Assembly: GCA_050916045.1 (NCBI GenBank)
Contig: CP051526.1
Location: 1,824,001 to 1,888,000, forward strand
Source of the DNA: Tepidisphaera sp.
Lineage (GTDB): Bacteria > Planctomycetota > Phycisphaerae > Phycisphaerales > UBA1924
Direction of reading: 5' to 3'
Length of the DNA: 64,000 nucleotides
Shown: piece by piece, positions 60,004 to 64,000 of the stretch
Layout of the letters: each line of letters starts with the position of its first letter
Numbering within the stretch: position 1 is the stretch's first letter
Position numbers and translations under genes: made by a program
Notes under the pieces: model-generated
Told to the model about the DNA's origin: nothing
Databases searched by the model: none
Seen by the model: only the letters and a program-made list of their open reading frames with translations

Positions 60004-62064
60004 TTACACCGGCGTCGGGAGCGCGCCCGCTGCGGGTGGCTCGGGCCGCTGCTCGGGTGCCGCCGCCTGAATCGCGTCCCAGCGAGCACTCTCGGCCCGC
60101 AAAAGCTCGGCGACCGTCGCGCGACCCAGGGTCTCGCCCCGCATCAGCTTGTGCACCTCGTCGCCCGTGAGCGTCTCGTACTTGAGGAGCGCCTCGGCCA
60201 CGGCTTGCACCTTGACCCAGTTCTCATCCAGCATGCGGGCCGCGTCCGAATACGCTTCATCCACGAACCGCTTGATCTCTTCGTCGATCAGCTTGGCGGT
60301 CTCGTCGGAATACTGCTGCTCGGGGACGAACGTCTCGCGCGAGTCGGTGCCGGCGTACCGGACAAACCCGAGCTTCTGGCTCATGCCCCACTCCAGGACC
60401 ATCATGCGGGCAATGTTCGTCGCCTGCTGGATGTCCATCGATGCGCCGCTCGAAACGTCCTGCATCTCGCGGGCTTCCGCGATGCGGCCGCCGCAAAGCA
60501 CCCGCATGGTCGCGTAAAGCCACTTGAGGCTGTACCCCATCCGGTCCTTCTGAGGCAGGCTGAACGTCGCGCCGCCCGCCGCTCCGCGCGGGATGATCGT
60601 CACCTTGTGAAGCGGGTCCGCGTCCTTCTGCAGAGCCTGAAGCACCGCGTGCCCGGCTTCGTGATACGCGACCAGACGGTTCTCGTCCTTTTCGCGGACC
60701 CGGCTCTTCTTCGCCCGGCCGAACTTCACCTTGTCGCGGGCTTCTTCGAGGTCTTCGTGCTCGATGAAGTCCTTGTTGCCCATCGTCGCGCTGATCGCCG
60801 CTTCGTTGATGATCGCCGCCAGGTCCGCGCCGCTGAACATCGGCGTGCCCCGGGCGACCTTCTCGAGATCGACGTCCGGCCCGAGCTTGACCTTTTTCGC
60901 GTGAACCTTGAGGATCTCCAGACGCCCCTTGACGTCGGGAAGCGGCACCACCACCTGCCGGTCGAACCGGCCGGGGCGGATGAGCGCCGGGTCCAGCACG
61001 TCCGAACGGTTCGTCGCCGCGATGACGATCACGCCGTCGCTGGCCGCGAAACCGTCCATCTCCACCAGAATCGCGTTGAGGGTCTGTTCACGCTCATCGT
61101 GACCGCCTGTCGTGAACCCGCTCCCGCGGCGGCGACCGACGGCGTCGATCTCGTCGAGGAAGATGATGCACGGGGAGGAGTCCTTGGCCTGCTTGAAGAG
61201 GTCGCGGACGCGGCTTGCGCCCACGCCGACGAACATCTCGACGAAGTCCGACCCGGAGATCGAGAAGAACGGCACGTCGGCTTCGCCCGCGATCGCTTTC
61301 GCGAGGAGCGTCTTGCCGCAGCCGGGCTCTCCGATCAGGAGCACGCCGCGCGGGATCCGACCGCCGATCTTGGTGAACTTCTTGGGGTTCTTCAGGAACT
61401 CGATGATCTCGGTCACTTCGCTCTTGGCTTCCTCGATGCCCGCCACGTCCGCGAAGGTGATTCCCGTCATCTCCTTGTTCATGACGCGGTGCTTGCTCTT
61501 GCCGAAATTGCCGAGCATCCCGCCCGCTCCGCCCGAACCGCGAAGCAGCCTCGTCACCAGGAACCATCCGATCACGAGGAAGATGATAAACGGCACCCAG
61601 ATCACCGCGGCCTGTGCCCAAAGCGATGACTGCTCCGTCTGGTACTGACCCTTGGTCGTGTCCGCGATCAGCTTCACTGTCGACTCGCGCGTCGCCGTGT
61701 TCAGCTTGATGTAAAGCGGCACTTCCTTCGCAAGCTCCGGACCCGGCCGCTGCGTCGCGTAGATCATCGAATCCGAAATCACGACCGAACCGGTCGCGAT
61801 CTGGGTCGGCTGCGCGGTCCACAGACGGACGAACTCCTCGGGCGTGATCTCACGCTTGCCCGCGGTGCCCTGGAAGACGAACATGATCAGGATCGCCATC
61901 AGAGAGACCAGAAGGATCGCCGCGAACGCGCCGCGACCCGGCCCCATCGGTGCCGCCGGCCCCGGCCCTTCCGGACCGCCACCCTGTCCCTGCCGACGCC
62001 CACCAGCCGGCGGTCCACCCGGTCCGGGGCGACCCTGGCGTCCGGGCTTGTCATCGTGAGCCAT
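60004..62064 (-). CDS. ftsH: ATP-dependent zinc metalloprotease FtsH
   Basis: [45 protein letters not shown]; two TMs. Start may be 62133 or 62139. Confidence 0.96.
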   Translation of the reverse strand: MAHDDKPGRQGRPGPGGPPAGGRRQGQGGGPEGPGPAAPMGPGRGAFAAILLVSLMAILIMFVFQGTAGKREITPEEFVRLWTAQPTQIATGSVVISDSMIYATQRPGPELAKEVPLYIKLNTATRESTVKLIADTTKGQYQTEQSSLWAQAAVIWVPFIIFLVIGWFLVTRLLRGSGGAGGMLGNFGKSKHRVMNKEMTGITFADVAGIEEAKSEVTEIIEFLKNPKKFTKIGGRIPRGVLLIGEPGCGKTLLAKAIAGEADVPFFSISGSDFVEMFVGVGASRVRDLFKQAKDSSPCIIFLDEIDAVGRRRGSGFTTGGHDEREQTLNAILVEMDGFAASDGVIVIAATNRSDVLDPALIRPGRFDRQVVVPLPDVKGRLEILKVHAKKVKLGPDVDLEKVARGTPMFSGADLAAIINEAAISATMGNKDFIEHEDLEEARDKVKFGRAKKSRVREKDENRLVAYHEAGHAVLQALQKDADPLHKVTIIPRGAAGGATFSLPQKDRMGYSLKWLYATMRVLCGGRIAEAREMQDVSSGASMDIQQATNIARMMVLEWGMSQKLGFVRYAGTDSRETFVPEQQYSDETAKLIDEEIKRFVDEAYSDAARMLDENWVKVQAVAEALLKYETLTGDEVHKLMRGETLGRATVAELLRAESARWDAIQAAAPEQRPEPPAAGALPTPV

Positions 62065-62284
62065 CACCAGCGATCCCGAAAGACCCGCCGTGCCGCTCTC
62101 CCGCCATGCGCTAAACCATCGACGAAGACTCATGAGCATGTATTCGGCTTCTTTCCCCCGCAGATGCAGGGTAATCCGTCTATCTTCCGAACAATAGCAC
62201 CCAGCGCGTCCAAGCAAGGGCGCGCCCCCGACCACATTCTTTACCGCTTTGGACCCACGAATGTTCGCCGGTTTCCGCGCCGGA

Positions 62285-62809
62285 TCACCACGCGGTTCGG
62301 AGTTCGTTCACGATGTCCTTCGCGAGCGCACCGAACGCGGAATGCCGTGCCGCTTCAATCGGCTCGCCACCCCCGCGAGCGGGAGCAAACGAGTCCGCCG
62401 CGCTGAACCCCCGCCGCGCGGCGATCACCTTCCCCGTTCGGGCGTCGCGCCACTCAAAATCCACCGTCGCTGTAAGCCCCAGCTCCTGCACCAGCCCGGT
62501 CGTCGGATTCTGCGACAGCCGGCGAAGCTCAAGGCCCGTCAAAGTCCCCGAAAGCACCGAGTCCGACGAGGTGTTCTGGAGCACCTGGAACCCGCGTGCC
62601 TGAAGCTCCTTGATCACCGCTTCGGTCAGCAATGCCTCGTGGCCCGGCTCGCTGGTCGTGTTGCCGAAGACCGGCACCTTCACCGTGCGCACATTCGCCG
62701 GGAACGTCGAGCGCGTCGAATAGCCCGTCCGCGGGTCCGACGAGCAGCCCGTGACCACCACCGCAAGTCCCAAAGCCAAGGCCCAGCGGGCCGTCGTCTG
62801 CGTGTTCAA
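62285..62809 (-). CDS. lptE: LPS-assembly lipoprotein LptE-like
   Basis: Lipobox VVTGC; TVKVPVFGN..LTEAVIKE..LSGTL..WRDARTG; TTGA overlap with the bamD stop. Confidence 0.75.
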   Translation of the reverse strand: MNTQTTARWALALGLAVVVTGCSSDPRTGYSTRSTFPANVRTVKVPVFGNTTSEPGHEALLTEAVIKELQARGFQVLQNTSSDSVLSGTLTGLELRRLSQNPTTGLVQELGLTATVDFEWRDARTGKVIAARRGFSAADSFAPARGGGEPIEAARHSAFGALAKDIVNELRTAW

Positions 62810-63909
62810 GGCTGTCCTCCCGTCGTCGGCTCGCCAGCGGCCGCCGCTTCCTGCGTCGAAGCCGCCTGCGGCAGGGGCCAGTTGTTCTCGCGGAAGAGGT
62901 CCTCCGCCCGCCGTGCCGCGACCGTTTCGGGGTGCGCTCGCAGCAGCCGACGGAACGTCAGCTTGGCGGAAACCGGATTGTCGCGTTTGAGGTACCACAA
63001 GCCGACTTCCAGCATCTGCGCCGCCGTCGACTCGTCAAGCCGCGTCGCCAGCGCATCGCTCACGCCGGTCTGCTCGGCTTCCGCCGGGAAGCGCCACGCG
63101 AACTGCTTCACGCGTTCCTTGGCTTCACGGAGCGGCTGCGCGTCGTACCGCGGCCCTTTGAACTGCGCGATCTTGGAGAAGATCCGCCGCAGCTCCGCAC
63201 GCTGCCGGTACTCGCTCCGCGGAAAGTTCCGCAGGAAGATGTCGTATGCCTCCCCGGCCATCTTGAGGTCGCGGATTCGGTAGTAGTAATCCGCAAGCTC
63301 GATCCCCGCTCGCTCGGCAAGCTGGCTCCCCGGCATCCGCTCCTGCACGCGGATCAAAAGCTCCTCGCCGATGTCGATCGCCGATTCGTACCTCAGCCCG
63401 AACCACCCCTTCGCCCGAAGCCCGTTCAGGTATCGCACCGCGATCTCAAGCTCGCGCTCAAGCGCCAGCACAAACTGTTCGGACGCCGGGAAGAACCTCA
63501 CGATCCGCTCGTAGTCGTAGAGAGCCTGGAATTCATCCCCGGTCGCCACCCGCGCGTCCCCGCGGCGAAGCAGCGCCTCCGCCATCTCCGGCGGCGGGTC
63601 CACAAGCCGCTGCTTGATCCACGGGTCCAGAAGCCGCAGCGCCTGCTGAGGCTGATTCTGTGCCAGAAGCGACTTGGCTTGCGCGATCGTCGCGTCCTCG
63701 GCCGCTCCATCCTGCACCGGCACCCACTGGCCGTTCGCGTCCAGCGTGTAGCGGCCACCGCCGGACGCACGCTGCGGGTCCGCCGGCTCTGCGATCGGGG
63801 CGGGCACCGGGGCCGGCGTCGGCATCGGCGCGGAATCTTGCGCCACCGCCGATGCGGCCAGTCCTGCCAATCCGGTGATCAACGACAAGCGAGCCAGCGG
63901 TCGTCCCAT
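62806..63909 (-). CDS. bamD: Outer-membrane assembly factor BamD-like TPR protein
   Basis: TPR pattern (FPAS, LADYYY, FPRS, YDAQPL, VGLWY); adjacent to lptE. Confidence 0.75.
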   Translation of the reverse strand: MGRPLARLSLITGLAGLAASAVAQDSAPMPTPAPVPAPIAEPADPQRASGGGRYTLDANGQWVPVQDGAAEDATIAQAKSLLAQNQPQQALRLLDPWIKQRLVDPPPEMAEALLRRGDARVATGDEFQALYDYERIVRFFPASEQFVLALERELEIAVRYLNGLRAKGWFGLRYESAIDIGEELLIRVQERMPGSQLAERAGIELADYYYRIRDLKMAGEAYDIFLRNFPRSEYRQRAELRRIFSKIAQFKGPRYDAQPLREAKERVKQFAWRFPAEAEQTGVSDALATRLDESTAAQMLEVGLWYLKRDNPVSAKLTFRRLLRAHPETVAARRAEDLFRENNWPLPQAASTQEAAAAGEPTTGGQP

Positions 63910-63930
63910 GGTCACAGCGTAGGACCCGTC

Positions 63931-64000
63931 TCAGGAAAGCATGGCCACGATCGCAAGCCAGGTGCCCACCGTCGCCCCCATGGTCACGATCGACACGATC
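63931..64000 (-). CDS. 3' end of a membrane protein gene (partial)
   Basis: Minus strand reads IVSIVTMGATVGTWLAIVAMLS*. Confidence 0.5.
   Translation of the reverse strand, partial: IVSIVTMGATVGTWLAIVAMLS

Overview
High-GC chromosomal window, most likely from a Planctomycetota member of class Phycisphaerae. This is inferred from two C-terminal 'GC-type' dockerin proteins, a prepilin/H-X9-DG protein, a VPTPG PEP-CTERM variant, bacterial topoisomerase VI-B and McsA/McsB. About 54 plausible CDSs are present. They are mostly scattered housekeeping genes (purF, top6B, rpmB, mcsA/mcsB, obgE, uppP, smpB, ppa, msrB, queG, ilvA, ftsH, lptE, bamD, a DEAD-box helicase, GH38 mannosidase) interleaved with secreted or membrane hypotheticals. 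I see no rRNA, tRNA, CRISPR-cas, transposase, integrase or reverse transcriptase. Notable observations: (1) an 8 x 21-bp array with a quasi-palindromic core, plus inverted degenerate copies on the other side of a hot-dog-fold gene; (2) a TAnnnT box 5-8 nt before the start codon of at least 17 genes, suggesting pervasive leaderless transcription; (3) a lipoprotein of three degenerate OmpA/MotB-like domains; (4) a lipoprotein that looks like a minimal secretin; (5) a stand-alone B12-binding/MeaB fusion; (6) an orphan top6B with a possible clamp-binding tail; (7) a recurring TM + zinc-ribbon module; (8) several 7/8-mer intergenic repeat tracts. All product calls come from motif recognition by eye; no database search was run. 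Many start codons were moved from the ORF track to more plausible positions.
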